DNA of 64,000 bases, taken from a virus. Positions 19,293-30,692 of this stretch are shown here, piece after piece. The stretch spans positions 1,808 through 65,807 of the IMG/VR virus record IMGVR_UViG_3300021399_000016. The stretch is one strand, 5' to 3'. The translations under genes were made by a program, and so were the position numbers. Below the pieces are notes generated by a model. It worked only from the letters and a program-made list of their open reading frames with translations. It was not told the origin of the DNA and did no database searches. The number at the start of each line of letters is the position of its first letter. Position 1 is the first letter of the stretch.

Positions 19293-19676
19293 ATGAAGCC
19301 AATTCGCTTTATTCATAGAGGCGATCTTAAAGCCACAATGAAGTTTCTTACTGCAATGAAAGATAGGGACTTTCTTAAGGATTTAGATAAGTATGGGAGA
19401 AAGGGGGTCGAAGCCCTTTCTCTTGCTACGCCTGTTGACACAGGTAAGACCGCTGCTTCGTGGAGTTACGAAATTCACCACTATAAAGGCGGCGCGTCCA
19501 TTGTTTGGACCAACTCTAATGTTAATAAGGGTGAAAACATAGCGGTTCTATTACAGTTCGGCCACGGACTTAAGAATGGAGGCTATGTCGCGGGAAGAGA
19601 TTATATTAATCCTGCACTTCGTCCTATTTTTGATGAAATAGCGGAATCTGCCTGGAGGGAGGTTACTAACGCATGA
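19293..19676 (+). CDS. HK97 gp10-like tail completion protein
   Basis: TPVDTG..LQFGHG..DYINPAL; RBS AAGGAG before ATG 19293. Confidence 0.7.
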   Translation: MKPIRFIHRGDLKATMKFLTAMKDRDFLKDLDKYGRKGVEALSLATPVDTGKTAASWSYEIHHYKGGASIVWTNSNVNKGENIAVLLQFGHGLKNGGYVAGRDYINPALRPIFDEIAESAWREVTNA

Positions 19677-22600
19677 GTTATATTGATGAACGTGTTGTTG
19701 AGATGCAATTTAACAACAAGGATTTCGAGAAAAACGTTGCGACAAGTCTTAACACACTAGATAAACTCCAGGCTGCTCTGAAGTTAGATGGATCTCAAAA
19801 GGGATTGGAGGAGTTACAGAAAACCTCAAATTCTTTTAACTTAGATCCGCTTTTAACCGCTGTTGAAAATGTTAACAATAAGTTTACAGCTATGGGAATA
19901 GTTGGAACAACAGCACTTGTTAACATTACAAATAAAGCTATAAATGCCGGAGAAGCATTAATTAAGTCTCTTTCTGTGGATAATATAGCTGCTGGTTGGG
20001 AAAAATTTGGAGAAAAAACAACGTCCGTTGGAACTCTGGTAAACCAGGGATTCGATCTGTCTGAGGTTGAGCGACAGATGGAAAGACTTAACTGGTTTAC
20101 TGATGAAACTAGCTATAACTTCACCGATATGGTTAGCAACATCAGTAAGTTCACTGCTACTGGCAAAGATCTTGAGGAATCTGTTACGGCAATGGAAGGT
20201 ATTGCTCTTTGGGCAGCGGCTTCCGGACAGAATGCTACAAAAGCTTCCATGGCGATGTATCAGCTTTCTCAGGCAATGGGTAAGGGCGTTCTTAAGTTCG
20301 ACGACTGGAAATCCATTCAGAACGCTTCAATGGATACTGTTGAATTCAGAAAACAAGCAATTGAAGCGGCTAAAGCTCTCGGTAAAGTTAAAGAAGTTGG
20401 CGACGAGGTTTACGAAATTGTTGGTGCTAAGAAACCTCAAAAGTTCTCTCTCGCTGACATGTTTACTTCCGATGCTTTGTCCAAACAGCAGTGGTTCACC
20501 GATGACGTTATGATGAAGGTGTTCCAGCGATACGACCAAGCAAGCGTAAAGATTAAATCGTATATCGATGCTCAGCGAGAACTTGGTAGAGATCTTACGG
20601 CTTCTCAGGCGATTGATGAACTTGGAGATCAGATAGACGAGTTGTCGAAGAAATGGTTTCTTTCTGGTCAGGAAGCACGAACTTGGGGCGATGTTGTATC
20701 TTCGGTCAAGGACGCCGTGTCAACAGGCTGGATGAATACTTTTGAAGCTGTGTTTGGTAACTACGAAGAAGCTACAGAATTATTCTCCAATTTGGCTGAA
20801 ACTTTATATGAGATATTTGCCGAAGGTGGTAACGCCAGAAACCAGGTACTACAGCTTTGGAAAGCCCTTGGCGGAAGAGATATTCTCTTAGAGACGGTCG
20901 CTACATTGTTCAACAATCTTGCCGAGGGTATTGGCGCTCTAAAAGATGGGTTTCACTCGTTCCTTGTTAAAGATAATCCCGAAACAAAAATTAACGAGAC
21001 ATTCAGAGCTCAGGCGATTAGTTTAGCTAATTTTGGGGTAGCTCTACTTGAATTAGTAAGTAAGACTAAGTTTACTGAGACGGCGCTTAAATCGCTTTAC
21101 GAAATCGGCAGAGGTTTATATTCGGCATTCTCTATTGTTAAGACCTTATTTAAAGATCTGTTAGATATTTTCTCTCCGCTAGTTTTACCGCTAAATCTTT
21201 TAGCTGGGTATTTCTTAGAAGTTGTTGGAGCTATTGCTGATGGTGTAACAGCTTTTGATGAGTTCCTAAAGTCTTCTCAGGGCGTTGCTAATGTGGTAAG
21301 CACTCTAAGAAGCGGAGTCGACATATTTGCTAAGGTAATAAGCTATGCTGCGTTTGGCATAGAACTATTCGTTAAGAACTTAGTCAGTATTGCTCGTTTT
21401 GTTTCTCCTATGTCTAAAATTTCAAGTTTGGCCTCAAAGACGGGTAATACTATCAGTTTTATGGCTACAAAATTAGAGTTTGTAAACACCATTACTGCCG
21501 GTCTTCAGAAAGTAATGCTCGGTTTCCTCGCACTTATATATGTCGTCGCAACGAACTTTGCTGAGATGTTTAGTTCGGAGAATGCCGAGAAAGCTTTTGG
21601 CAGATTATCGACTTTAGCTAGCAATACTACGACAAGGATTATTAACATATTAAACCTTTTAGGTTCTAAACTTGGACCGTTGTTTAATATGCTCAGTAAT
21701 CTTGTTGCTGGCTTCTTTTTATCTCTGGCCTATGGGTTTAATAATTTAAAGAGTTTCGACGCTATTGGAGCTCTTGAGACCGTAATTGACGCGTTTCTTT
21801 CCACTGTTGAAAAAGCCATAACTCTTATTGGAGTTTTTGTTAGCGACTTAGATGGAGTTGCGTCTCCGTTAGAATTACTGCAAACTCTTGGAACCAACAC
21901 TATAAACGTTTTAACGGAGATGACAAAAACTCTGGCTAAAATGGTAGGCTTCAAAGACAATATTGAGAGTGCAAAGAAAGGTCTTCAGGGATTCTTCGAA
22001 ACTATATTTGGTTATGCTTCACAGATTGACATAGCTAAGATCGCACTTCTTGGCTTTGGGGCGTCCGTGTCTTACGCGTTGTTTAAAGTTGGCAGCGCTA
22101 TGAGCGGAGCCAAGAAGATGTTTGAATCGTTTTCAAAAATTCCGGATCTTCTTGAGAAAGCTTTTAATGGTTACTTTAAGAATACTCCAACCAAAGCGTT
22201 ACTTGATGTTGCAAAAGCTATAGGAATTTTAGCGGCTTCGCTTGTGGCTTTAAGTCTCGTTGACGCAACAAGACTCGCCGCATCTGTTGCTATTTTGGTG
22301 CTTCTTGGAGCCGGTTTAGCCGCTCTTTCTGTTGGTATTAAGAAATTTGGAAACGATTCCGGTTTCAATAAGAACGCAAAAGGACTGGTTGCCGTTGCTG
22401 GTTCTATGCTCATACTTAGCGCTGCACTTATATTGCTTGATAGCATAGACTTCGATCATCTTCTTCAGGATCTTGTTGTTCTAACTGCTTTTGGAGCCGG
22501 TCTTGTTGTTGTTTCTAAATTCTTGAAGGCTGGTGCAGGGGCTTCTTTAAAATCTGCAATTGTTTTATTTATGTTTGCCGCTTCTATTAATAAGATGGTA

Positions 22601-25600
22601 GGCGCATTTACGAATTTGCAGAACGGTTTAAAAGCTAGTACGGCGGAAGAAACGCTCCAGACTCTTATCACGCTCGTTATGGGTGTGTTGGCGGTGAGTT
22701 ATGCAGCATCCAAGATTTCTCTTGGCAGTGCGTTGATTCTCGTTGCTGTCGTCGGCGTTCTCACAATGGTGCTTAGAGCTGTCCAAGCCCTTATTGAAGC
22801 TAATGTTCCAGCCGGAATGGTGTTTGGCGTCTTCGCTACTATAACGGCTCTTGTTGTGCTGTTTGGTCTTATTGCAAAGCTTATTAGTAAAGGAAATACA
22901 GTTGGTGTTGGCGTTAAAGTTGTACTTAATGTCATTTCTCCTATCTTAGCGTTGGCTGGATCTTTACTTCTGGTTGTTATGGCTTTTGAGAAGCTTGGCG
23001 AATTCGGAATCGGTCCGAATGGAAAGACCATAGGCTCTGTTATCGGAATGATAGCTCTTATGGCCGCTCTTGTCATTCTTCTTAAGAAGACCGAAGGACT
23101 CGAAGGACCTGCTTATAAGGCTGGAATAGCGGCTCTTGCTATTGGTGCGGCTATTTATATTTTGTCTAATGCTGTTCTTAAAATATCAGAAGTGCCAGAA
23201 GATGCGTGGATAAAGACCGCAGTTTTGTTTGGTCTTATAGCGTATGCTTTTTCGAAATTAATGGAGGCTTCCGCCGCAACAGAGAAAGCAAATACGGCCG
23301 CTATTCTTTCCATGGCTGCTGTCATCGGCGTTATATCGATTGCTATAGCTTTACTTACAAATTTGGATGTCGGAAAAGCAATTGGTGTGAGCGTTGGGTT
23401 AGCAGCTGTATTTTGGGGGCTTGGTAAGACGTTCGCCGGAATTTCAGAAGCTACAGATCAGGTTAAACCCGCAGTTGCTGTTGCGTTCTTACTGGTTGTT
23501 GGGTTTATCAGTTCGGCACTGATGGTCCTCGCTAATATGCCGGTTGAAAACGCATTAGCAGCCGGCGTGGTTGTTGGTGGTGTTTTATTCGTTCTAGCTA
23601 AAGCTGTGGAAATCATGGCAGAGGCAGCTGTGAAAGCAAACGATGCGATTAAAGGTGCGGCGTCAATAGCAATTATGGCTGTTTCGCTTATCGCTGCGGC
23701 TGCGTCACTTAGTATGCTTGCGTCTTTTAACCCAGTGAATGTCGTAATATCGGCATTAGCATTGGTCGGAATAATGGCGGCTTTGGTAGCGGCTTCTAAG
23801 TTTGCTCAAGATGCATTAATGGCTGCCGCATCGTTAGTTGTCATGTCTGGGTCTCTTGTTCTCGCGGCAAACGCAATTAAAACCATCGCAGAATTAGATC
23901 CGGATTCGTTAAAACAGGCTGGGATCGCGCTTGGAGCAGTTCTCCTTGCGTTCACTGCATTGTCTCTCGTTGGAATGACTCCACTTGCTGACGGAATGAT
24001 AATTATAGCTGCCGCATTGGTTATATTCGGTTTTGCGTTATTAGAAGTTGCAGCTGCGGCATATTTGTTCTCTTCGGCAGTAATAACAATCACAACCGCG
24101 TTGATGATGCTTTCAAGTATGTCAACCGAATCTGTGCAGCAGCTTGCAGAAAACATCCCGATCATGATGCAGGCTCTTGGTGAAGGCGTTGCTGAAGGTA
24201 TAAGTGCTTTTGTCAGTACAATACTTACTAACGTGATTGGTGCTATTGGCGCTATCTTACAGGCAATACTAGAAAAAGGACCTGAGTTTATAAGCACTGG
24301 TATCGAGCTTATTAAGAATTTCATAATAGGTATGGTTTCTTGTGCTGGGCAGGCCATTCAGGCGGTTGTCGACATTATTGTGTCGATTGTTCAGTTTGTT
24401 ATGAGCTTCGTTAACTCTTTCATTAGCCTTGGAGCCGGTATTATATCTGCGCTTGCTACAGGAATTGCTAATGGTATAACGCTTATAATCAACTGTTTCT
24501 TTACTGTTATGTCCGCTATTGTTCAGGTTGTTGGGGCGTATATCAGCGGCTTCGTTGAGATCGGCAAACAGTTTGTTGAAGGTATTGTAAATGGAATTGT
24601 AGACGGAGCGACCTATTTATTTGAAAAAGCCAAAGAGCTCGCCACTGGTTTGCTTAACGCTGTTAAGGAAACGCTTGGTATCGCTTCTCCTTCAAAAGAA
24701 GGCGAAATAATTGGTAATTTCCTTGACATGGGTATTGGCGATGGCGTTACCGAAATGATTCCTTACGTTAATGCCGCTGGTGCCGACATGGGTAGCAATC
24801 TTCTTAATACCGTTGGACAGTATGTAAATGCTGAAAACGGAGCGGCGCAAGGTGCAGAGTATGCGGGTGCTGTTGCTAATGCGGTTAAAGAAGGTTTAGC
24901 CGGTCTTCCTTCGATTCCTGAAGGCGCACTTGATATTGGCGCCGGGGGAGACATCGTTAAGAAATGGCAGAATCAAATGGCCATAAACGAAATTAACAAC
25001 AAGCGTAAAGCTAAGAAAAAGAGGGATGAGCAAGCTAGAAAAGACGCAAAGAAAGCCCAGGCAAGGAGAGAAAAGAAAAATAAAGATCCGTTAGAAGATC
25101 TTCTTGGCGGAAAGAGTGGAAAAGGCGGAGGCGGAGGTAGTAAGGGCGGAGGCTCTGGATCCGAAAAAGCTGAAAAAGCCGAAAAAGAATTTGATAAGCT
25201 TACAAAGATTATGGATTATGCCGATAAAGAAATTGGTATATTTAATAATCATTGGGCTTTAGGACTCGATACTCTTGGCAACGTGGAACCGATGCAGGCT
25301 TCAAAAGACGCGTTGGAACTCCTAGCGTTACAGCTTTACGAAACATCTCTTGCCGGCGAGACCGCTGACGATAGAGCGAAACGGATGGCAAAGTCTACTC
25401 CTGAGCTCTTGGAAGATGTTAAGAAAGCATATAAAGATTATCGGGACGAGGTTAAGAAAACCATCGACGGTCAGGTTGACATGTTCAAGATGTTCGATTT
25501 CGGTAAGAAAATTAGACCGGAAGAGATGATCGAGAATCAAAAGTCGAATCTTAGAGCTATCACCGAATATTCTCAGAGTATTGAGACGCTGGCTGAAAGA

Positions 25601-26713
25601 GGGCTTAGCAAAGATATTCTTCAGAATTTTGGTAAACGCGGTCTTAATTCTCTTGCTGATATGGGCACTCTTATCCAGATGACAGATGAGCAGTTCAAAC
25701 AGTTTAACGAAGACTGGATGAAGGCTGGAAAGATGATTGACGATGTTACCAATCGTTATATGTCGAGTTTGGCTTTCGTTAACGCTGGTTCTCAGGAGGG
25801 GTTTAAGCAAACTCTTGATCCTGTAACCGGAGAAGAGACTGGTACGCTCTATATGCAATCCGTACTTGATGGTATGAGAAAAACCGCTGGACTTAACTTA
25901 CAGGATGGTTCCGGTGTTTCTGAAGCCACGAAGGAAATTGCCGAAGGACTTTCTAAGGGTGTAACCGAAACTCTTGGCACCTCTGGAGAAAAGGATAAGG
26001 CTGCGTCTGCTGCTGGAGAACTCGGCTCTAAAGTCACCGAAGCAATCGACAACACGGCTTCAGCAGATGCTGGTCGTACTATCGGTGTTAACCTCTGCGA
26101 AGGTATTGCTGAAGGAATCCGTTCTGGTATCGAGGTCGCGACTACTGCGGCTGAAGAACTGGCTCTTAAGTTAGTCGAAACTGTTAAGAATGCTCTCGGT
26201 ATTGCGTCACCTTCTAAGGTATTCGCGGATCTTGGTTACTACTCAGATCTCGGACTGTCAGGTGGTCTTACAAAATACGGCACTATTGTTCGCGAAGCTG
26301 CGGCTGATACGGCTCTTGGTGCTGTAGATGAGATGTCTGGAGTATTTGGTAGGATCGCTGACATTGTTGACGGCACTATCGACTTAGATCCCACAATTCG
26401 TCCGGTTCTTGATCTCACAAATCTTCAGTACGGAGCCACTCAGATTGGGTCTCTATTAGGTCTTAATGACCCGTACGCACTTAATGCTGTAGCTGGCATC
26501 ACGGGAATTCAAAATGACGCTAGTTTGATGGCTAGTCTCACCGGTTCCCTTACCGATGCTATCAACGGAATGAAGAAGGATCAGGAAACCGCACAAGTTA
26601 CTATTAACATTTATCCTCAGGAAGGCCAGTCTGCTGAAGAAATTGCAGAAGAGGTTTCCTGGAGACTTAATCACGACGTTCTTAAACGAAGGGCTGTATA
26701 CGGAGGCACGTAA
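19673..26713 (+). CDS. tape measure protein
   Basis: 2346 aa, Ala/Leu/Gly-rich amphipathic repeats, YQLSQA motif, two LGIASPSK motifs. Confidence 0.92.
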   Translation: MSYIDERVVEMQFNNKDFEKNVATSLNTLDKLQAALKLDGSQKGLEELQKTSNSFNLDPLLTAVENVNNKFTAMGIVGTTALVNITNKAINAGEALIKSLSVDNIAAGWEKFGEKTTSVGTLVNQGFDLSEVERQMERLNWFTDETSYNFTDMVSNISKFTATGKDLEESVTAMEGIALWAAASGQNATKASMAMYQLSQAMGKGVLKFDDWKSIQNASMDTVEFRKQAIEAAKALGKVKEVGDEVYEIVGAKKPQKFSLADMFTSDALSKQQWFTDDVMMKVFQRYDQASVKIKSYIDAQRELGRDLTASQAIDELGDQIDELSKKWFLSGQEARTWGDVVSSVKDAVSTGWMNTFEAVFGNYEEATELFSNLAETLYEIFAEGGNARNQVLQLWKALGGRDILLETVATLFNNLAEGIGALKDGFHSFLVKDNPETKINETFRAQAISLANFGVALLELVSKTKFTETALKSLYEIGRGLYSAFSIVKTLFKDLLDIFSPLVLPLNLLAGYFLEVVGAIADGVTAFDEFLKSSQGVANVVSTLRSGVDIFAKVISYAAFGIELFVKNLVSIARFVSPMSKISSLASKTGNTISFMATKLEFVNTITAGLQKVMLGFLALIYVVATNFAEMFSSENAEKAFGRLSTLASNTTTRIINILNLLGSKLGPLFNMLSNLVAGFFLSLAYGFNNLKSFDAIGALETVIDAFLSTVEKAITLIGVFVSDLDGVASPLELLQTLGTNTINVLTEMTKTLAKMVGFKDNIESAKKGLQGFFETIFGYASQIDIAKIALLGFGASVSYALFKVGSAMSGAKKMFESFSKIPDLLEKAFNGYFKNTPTKALLDVAKAIGILAASLVALSLVDATRLAASVAILVLLGAGLAALSVGIKKFGNDSGFNKNAKGLVAVAGSMLILSAALILLDSIDFDHLLQDLVVLTAFGAGLVVVSKFLKAGAGASLKSAIVLFMFAASINKMVGAFTNLQNGLKASTAEETLQTLITLVMGVLAVSYAASKISLGSALILVAVVGVLTMVLRAVQALIEANVPAGMVFGVFATITALVVLFGLIAKLISKGNTVGVGVKVVLNVISPILALAGSLLLVVMAFEKLGEFGIGPNGKTIGSVIGMIALMAALVILLKKTEGLEGPAYKAGIAALAIGAAIYILSNAVLKISEVPEDAWIKTAVLFGLIAYAFSKLMEASAATEKANTAAILSMAAVIGVISIAIALLTNLDVGKAIGVSVGLAAVFWGLGKTFAGISEATDQVKPAVAVAFLLVVGFISSALMVLANMPVENALAAGVVVGGVLFVLAKAVEIMAEAAVKANDAIKGAASIAIMAVSLIAAAASLSMLASFNPVNVVISALALVGIMAALVAASKFAQDALMAAASLVVMSGSLVLAANAIKTIAELDPDSLKQAGIALGAVLLAFTALSLVGMTPLADGMIIIAAALVIFGFALLEVAAAAYLFSSAVITITTALMMLSSMSTESVQQLAENIPIMMQALGEGVAEGISAFVSTILTNVIGAIGAILQAILEKGPEFISTGIELIKNFIIGMVSCAGQAIQAVVDIIVSIVQFVMSFVNSFISLGAGIISALATGIANGITLIINCFFTVMSAIVQVVGAYISGFVEIGKQFVEGIVNGIVDGATYLFEKAKELATGLLNAVKETLGIASPSKEGEIIGNFLDMGIGDGVTEMIPYVNAAGADMGSNLLNTVGQYVNAENGAAQGAEYAGAVANAVKEGLAGLPSIPEGALDIGAGGDIVKKWQNQMAINEINNKRKAKKKRDEQARKDAKKAQARREKKNKDPLEDLLGGKSGKGGGGGSKGGGSGSEKAEKAEKEFDKLTKIMDYADKEIGIFNNHWALGLDTLGNVEPMQASKDALELLALQLYETSLAGETADDRAKRMAKSTPELLEDVKKAYKDYRDEVKKTIDGQVDMFKMFDFGKKIRPEEMIENQKSNLRAITEYSQSIETLAERGLSKDILQNFGKRGLNSLADMGTLIQMTDEQFKQFNEDWMKAGKMIDDVTNRYMSSLAFVNAGSQEGFKQTLDPVTGEETGTLYMQSVLDGMRKTAGLNLQDGSGVSEATKEIAEGLSKGVTETLGTSGEKDKAASAAGELGSKVTEAIDNTASADAGRTIGVNLCEGIAEGIRSGIEVATTAAEELALKLVETVKNALGIASPSKVFADLGYYSDLGLSGGLTKYGTIVREAAADTALGAVDEMSGVFGRIADIVDGTIDLDPTIRPVLDLTNLQYGATQIGSLLGLNDPYALNAVAGITGIQNDASLMASLTGSLTDAINGMKKDQETAQVTINIYPQEGQSAEEIAEEVSWRLNHDVLKRRAVYGGT

Positions 26714-27501
26714 TGAATCCATTGAACGTAAATGCAAGTTATTACGAAGTCATGAGGCATTACCTCGTAATCGACGGTAAGTCTACTAAAGATTTCGGGG
26801 TGTATCTCTCTGGCGACGGTACGTTCAAGGCCCCCGAGAAAAACGTTGAAGAATTCACTATCCCAGGTCGTAACGGGACTTTCCACTACTCAGTACCTGA
26901 TACGTACAAGAACGTGAAGGTCCCTTACGACTGTTTTATATTTAAAGATTTCAAGCGTAACGTAGCCTCTTTCCGTTCCTTCCTCCTTTCCAGAAAGGGC
27001 TACGTGCGGATCGAAGACACACATCATCCGGACGAATTCAGACTGGGCATGTTCCACGAAGAGTTCGATCCGGAGGTGTTTGTCGATCTTACAGCCGCTC
27101 AGTTTACGATTAACTTTGACTGTAGACCGGAGAGGTGGCTTAAAAGTGGGGAGGAAGCTATTACATATACCGAAAACGGTGAAATTTACAATCCGACTGA
27201 TTTTGTTGCAAAGCCTATACTCAGAATTTATGGAGAAGTAGGAGTTAACTGCGGTATAAATATCGAACCTAAAACCGGTGCTCGTACAGAAATTGCAGTT
27301 ATTATTCCTCCCGAAGGGTATGTGGATGTAGATACAGAGATTATGGAAGTTTATGCCGGCAGTACATCTTACAATGCTAATCTTTCATACCATGGTACTA
27401 ATACAAAAAGAGAATTCCCAGTGATTAACCCTGGTGTGAATGGTGTTCGGTTTTCACATGGAACAAAATTAGAAGTGATTCCACGCTGGTGGATTTTATA
27501 A
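26713..27501 (+). CDS. distal tail protein (Dit)
   Basis: Follows tape measure; IPGRNG...PGVN...PRWW. Confidence 0.75.
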   Translation: MNPLNVNASYYEVMRHYLVIDGKSTKDFGVYLSGDGTFKAPEKNVEEFTIPGRNGTFHYSVPDTYKNVKVPYDCFIFKDFKRNVASFRSFLLSRKGYVRIEDTHHPDEFRLGMFHEEFDPEVFVDLTAAQFTINFDCRPERWLKSGEEAITYTENGEIYNPTDFVAKPILRIYGEVGVNCGINIEPKTGARTEIAVIIPPEGYVDVDTEIMEVYAGSTSYNANLSYHGTNTKREFPVINPGVNGVRFSHGTKLEVIPRWWIL

Positions 27502-27511
27502 GGAGGTAAAG

Positions 27512-30064
27512 ATGATACCCGTTTTGTTTGATCCGTCTACAACTTCCTTTAATTCTAACGGCATTGGATCTTTAATTGACACAATTTCTTGTAAAGTAAT
27601 TGAAGAATTAAATGGCCAATACGAACTAGAAATGACTTATCCGAAGACAGGTAAGTACTTTTCTGAAATTAAGTACTCATCTATTATTTTAGCTAAGCCG
27701 TTTCAAAATGGTGAGTTTCAGGCTTTCCGTATTTATAAAATCAGTAAGCCTATGAAAGGGAATGTACAGATTTACGCTCGTCACATTTCTTATCAACTTA
27801 ACTACATTCCTTGTTCTGCTTTCTCTGGGCAGTCTTGCTCTGAAGTTATGGCGAATATTAAGACTGCTGTGGCAGAGTATTGTCCGTTTAACTTTAGTAC
27901 TGAAATTACAGAGAATCGAACCAAGCAAAGTAAGAATCTTTTAGCTAATCTTAGTACATCAGAAGATCCGGAAGCCAACGTTCCTACTTATGATTCCAGT
28001 ATCCTATATGTTGTCGGTGATTATGTTAAGTATGATGGTAAAACGTACAAGTGCATTCGCGATATAGAAGAAGCTAAACCTTGGGAGGATAATAAAAAGT
28101 TCTTTGAGTTAAGTCCAGTACCTTTCATAGGTTATATTAACGCGTCAATTATTAATGGTGTATTAACAGAAGATAAAAATGCCCTTACTGTTTGGGTCAA
28201 ATGTGAGAAGAGTAAGCGTTATGTCATTACAAAAATGATTAGTAACTTTTTCTCAATAGGAACTATGACTAAAGTACCTTCTGAAGGAAAGACTGTTGAT
28301 AATGTTATAGCGGATCCGACAAAGAGAAAACTAGAGTATACAACGTCTCCTGACGCAGAGTACTTGCTTGTTTACCTATTCCAAAGAACCGCTGATGGCG
28401 ACATAATGGACAGAATTGTTAATTCTGCTGCTATCAGATCTCTCGGCACCTATACCTGGATGCTCTACGAACCTAAAACGATTAGAACTTTTCTTCTTGG
28501 TGAAGATGACAACTCTATTCAGGCTATATATGGTGGAGAGTATGAGTGGGATAACTACAATGTTATCTTACATGAGAATAGAGGTTCTGACAAAGGCGTT
28601 AGGATTCGCTATGGTAAGAATCTAATCGACTTAACTCAGGAAGAAAATATTGAAAATACTATTACCGGTATTTATCCTGTCTGGAAATCAGACGGAACTG
28701 TAGCTGAACTCCCTGAAAAGGTTGTTCACTCTAGTAATGCCGGTAATTTTCCATATTTAAGAACAGTTATTCAAGATTTCTCGGGAGACTTTGATCAAAT
28801 GCCGACGGAAGACGAACTCCGTGATATGGCTAATCTCTACATTCAAAATGAGGGGATCGGAGTTCCTGAGGTTAGTCTTACAGTTAACTTTGTAAATCTA
28901 TCTGAGACCGAAGAGTATAAAAACGTACTGGCGCTTCAAACTGTGAATTTAGGCGATCTTGTTACGGTAGAATTTCCTGATCTCGAAGTAATGACAAAGC
29001 AGAAGGTTTCTAAGACAGAATATGACGTTTTAAACGAAAGATATTTGACTATTACTATTGGAAACCTTGAAAAGAAAATTGATACCACTTTAGAAGATCA
29101 GATGAATGCTCTTTCGCAGAAGGTTTCGGAAGAAGAGGCTCAAAACAAAATTGATCGTGCAACTGGTATCTTAAATGCCGGCACAAGAGGGCACGTCATT
29201 ATTGGAAGAAACGACGATGGTTTTGCTAACGAAACGTTCTATCTTGATAATTCTAACGTTGCTCTTGCTAAAAATGTTTTAAGAATTAACATGAACGGCA
29301 TCGGATTCAGTTCTAATGGATTACGTGGTCCATACTATCAGGCTTGGACTCTCGATGGGCATTTAAGTCTTGGTGGCATCGGAAACAACCATGGAACTCT
29401 TGAAATTTTAGATTCTGACGGAACCCTCATCGGCTCTTGGGATAATAACGGTATTAACTCTCTTAAAGGATCGATACGAAGTACCTCTTTTCATTCATCG
29501 AACGACGAGTTTTATGTTGAAGAAAACGGCGACGAAGCTGTTGAAGTTGGATGGTCTGGCTGGTCTGTTTGGAATCGAATTATGCAGTCCAATCATATGG
29601 GTTGGGAGACTAATTCAGATCCTTCAGCAGAAAAAAATAATCCAGCATCTGATACATCAGCATCAGCAGCTATAAATGGCGGTGATCTCGAAGACGGTGA
29701 TGATTACGAAGTAGAGGATGAAGACGGAAATAAGCAGGGTTGGGCTAGTTCAGGTAACGGATACGCTGGTACTGCTGGATTTAAGGCACTGTGGCTCGAC
29801 AGAAAAGAGTTTTACAAGGGTTCGTCTAATTACTCTTACACACACGAGGGAAGAAGTGACTTTCATTTATGGGACGTCGGCGAACTAATCCTAGATCTTT
29901 ACCGAGAAAACGGCGTTATTTGGGCTGAAATACGTGATATTTGGGAAGCTATAAGAGAAGATGGCGGCGATGAAAATAATGCTAGCGGAAGTCATACTGG
30001 AAGCGGAGACGATCCTGATCCGTCTGGGAACGGCGATGTCGACAACGATTTAGATAATCCTTAA
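27512..30064 (+). CDS. tail spike/Tal-like protein with internal insertion
   Basis: EELNGQYELEMTYP, QAFRIYKI, IRYGKNL; insert YVVGDYVKYDGKTYKC resembles a small carbohydrate-binding module. Confidence 0.75.
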   Translation: MIPVLFDPSTTSFNSNGIGSLIDTISCKVIEELNGQYELEMTYPKTGKYFSEIKYSSIILAKPFQNGEFQAFRIYKISKPMKGNVQIYARHISYQLNYIPCSAFSGQSCSEVMANIKTAVAEYCPFNFSTEITENRTKQSKNLLANLSTSEDPEANVPTYDSSILYVVGDYVKYDGKTYKCIRDIEEAKPWEDNKKFFELSPVPFIGYINASIINGVLTEDKNALTVWVKCEKSKRYVITKMISNFFSIGTMTKVPSEGKTVDNVIADPTKRKLEYTTSPDAEYLLVYLFQRTADGDIMDRIVNSAAIRSLGTYTWMLYEPKTIRTFLLGEDDNSIQAIYGGEYEWDNYNVILHENRGSDKGVRIRYGKNLIDLTQEENIENTITGIYPVWKSDGTVAELPEKVVHSSNAGNFPYLRTVIQDFSGDFDQMPTEDELRDMANLYIQNEGIGVPEVSLTVNFVNLSETEEYKNVLALQTVNLGDLVTVEFPDLEVMTKQKVSKTEYDVLNERYLTITIGNLEKKIDTTLEDQMNALSQKVSEEEAQNKIDRATGILNAGTRGHVIIGRNDDGFANETFYLDNSNVALAKNVLRINMNGIGFSSNGLRGPYYQAWTLDGHLSLGGIGNNHGTLEILDSDGTLIGSWDNNGINSLKGSIRSTSFHSSNDEFYVEENGDEAVEVGWSGWSVWNRIMQSNHMGWETNSDPSAEKNNPASDTSASAAINGGDLEDGDDYEVEDEDGNKQGWASSGNGYAGTAGFKALWLDRKEFYKGSSNYSYTHEGRSDFHLWDVGELILDLYRENGVIWAEIRDIWEAIREDGGDENNASGSHTGSGDDPDPSGNGDVDNDLDNP

Positions 30065-30083
30065 AGAAAGAAGGTAAAGTTGG

Positions 30084-30692
30084 ATGGCCATAACATCTCA
30101 AACGATGAAAATCGATTTAAGACCCGGTAGAACTTTACCGGTCTTGTACGTTAGTCAAAATGATTCAAATCTTGAAACGTTGCACTTTGAACTTTATGAA
30201 GCTACTCAACCGTTTCAAATTCCAGAGAGAGTTACAAATATTTATATTTATGGCTGTAAAGAATCTGGTGAAGTATTTAGCTTGCCATGTACGTGGAATG
30301 GTAACACAGTATCTGTAGACGTCACAAGTGTGATGACAGATACAGCTGGTGCTGTTATTTGCGAATTGTCGCTTCAGGTTGGTTTACAGTCTATACTTGG
30401 GACTGGAAACTTCATCATTAAAGTAGAAAAGTCTCCGTTTGTACAAGCCCATGTGTCTACGAGTTCTTTTGCCCAGATAACAGAAGCTTTGAATACGATA
30501 CAGAAATATTATATGTTGTCAAAATCATGGGCTGTCGGGAATACTGGGGTTAGAACTGGCGAGAACACTAACAATAGTGAATTTTGGTGTGAGCAGGCAA
30601 GAATAGCAAGTTATGGGGGCGAGTATGATGAACCGACGGAAACTATGGCTTTCAGTGCTCATCCTATTAACGAGGAGGTAACTAATGGCTGA
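30084..30692 (+). CDS. BppU-like upper baseplate protein
   Basis: VSQND..LHFEL..GTGNFIIKVE; SKSWAVGNTGVRTGENTNNS. Confidence 0.6.
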   Translation: MAITSQTMKIDLRPGRTLPVLYVSQNDSNLETLHFELYEATQPFQIPERVTNIYIYGCKESGEVFSLPCTWNGNTVSVDVTSVMTDTAGAVICELSLQVGLQSILGTGNFIIKVEKSPFVQAHVSTSSFAQITEALNTIQKYYMLSKSWAVGNTGVRTGENTNNSEFWCEQARIASYGGEYDEPTETMAFSAHPINEEVTNG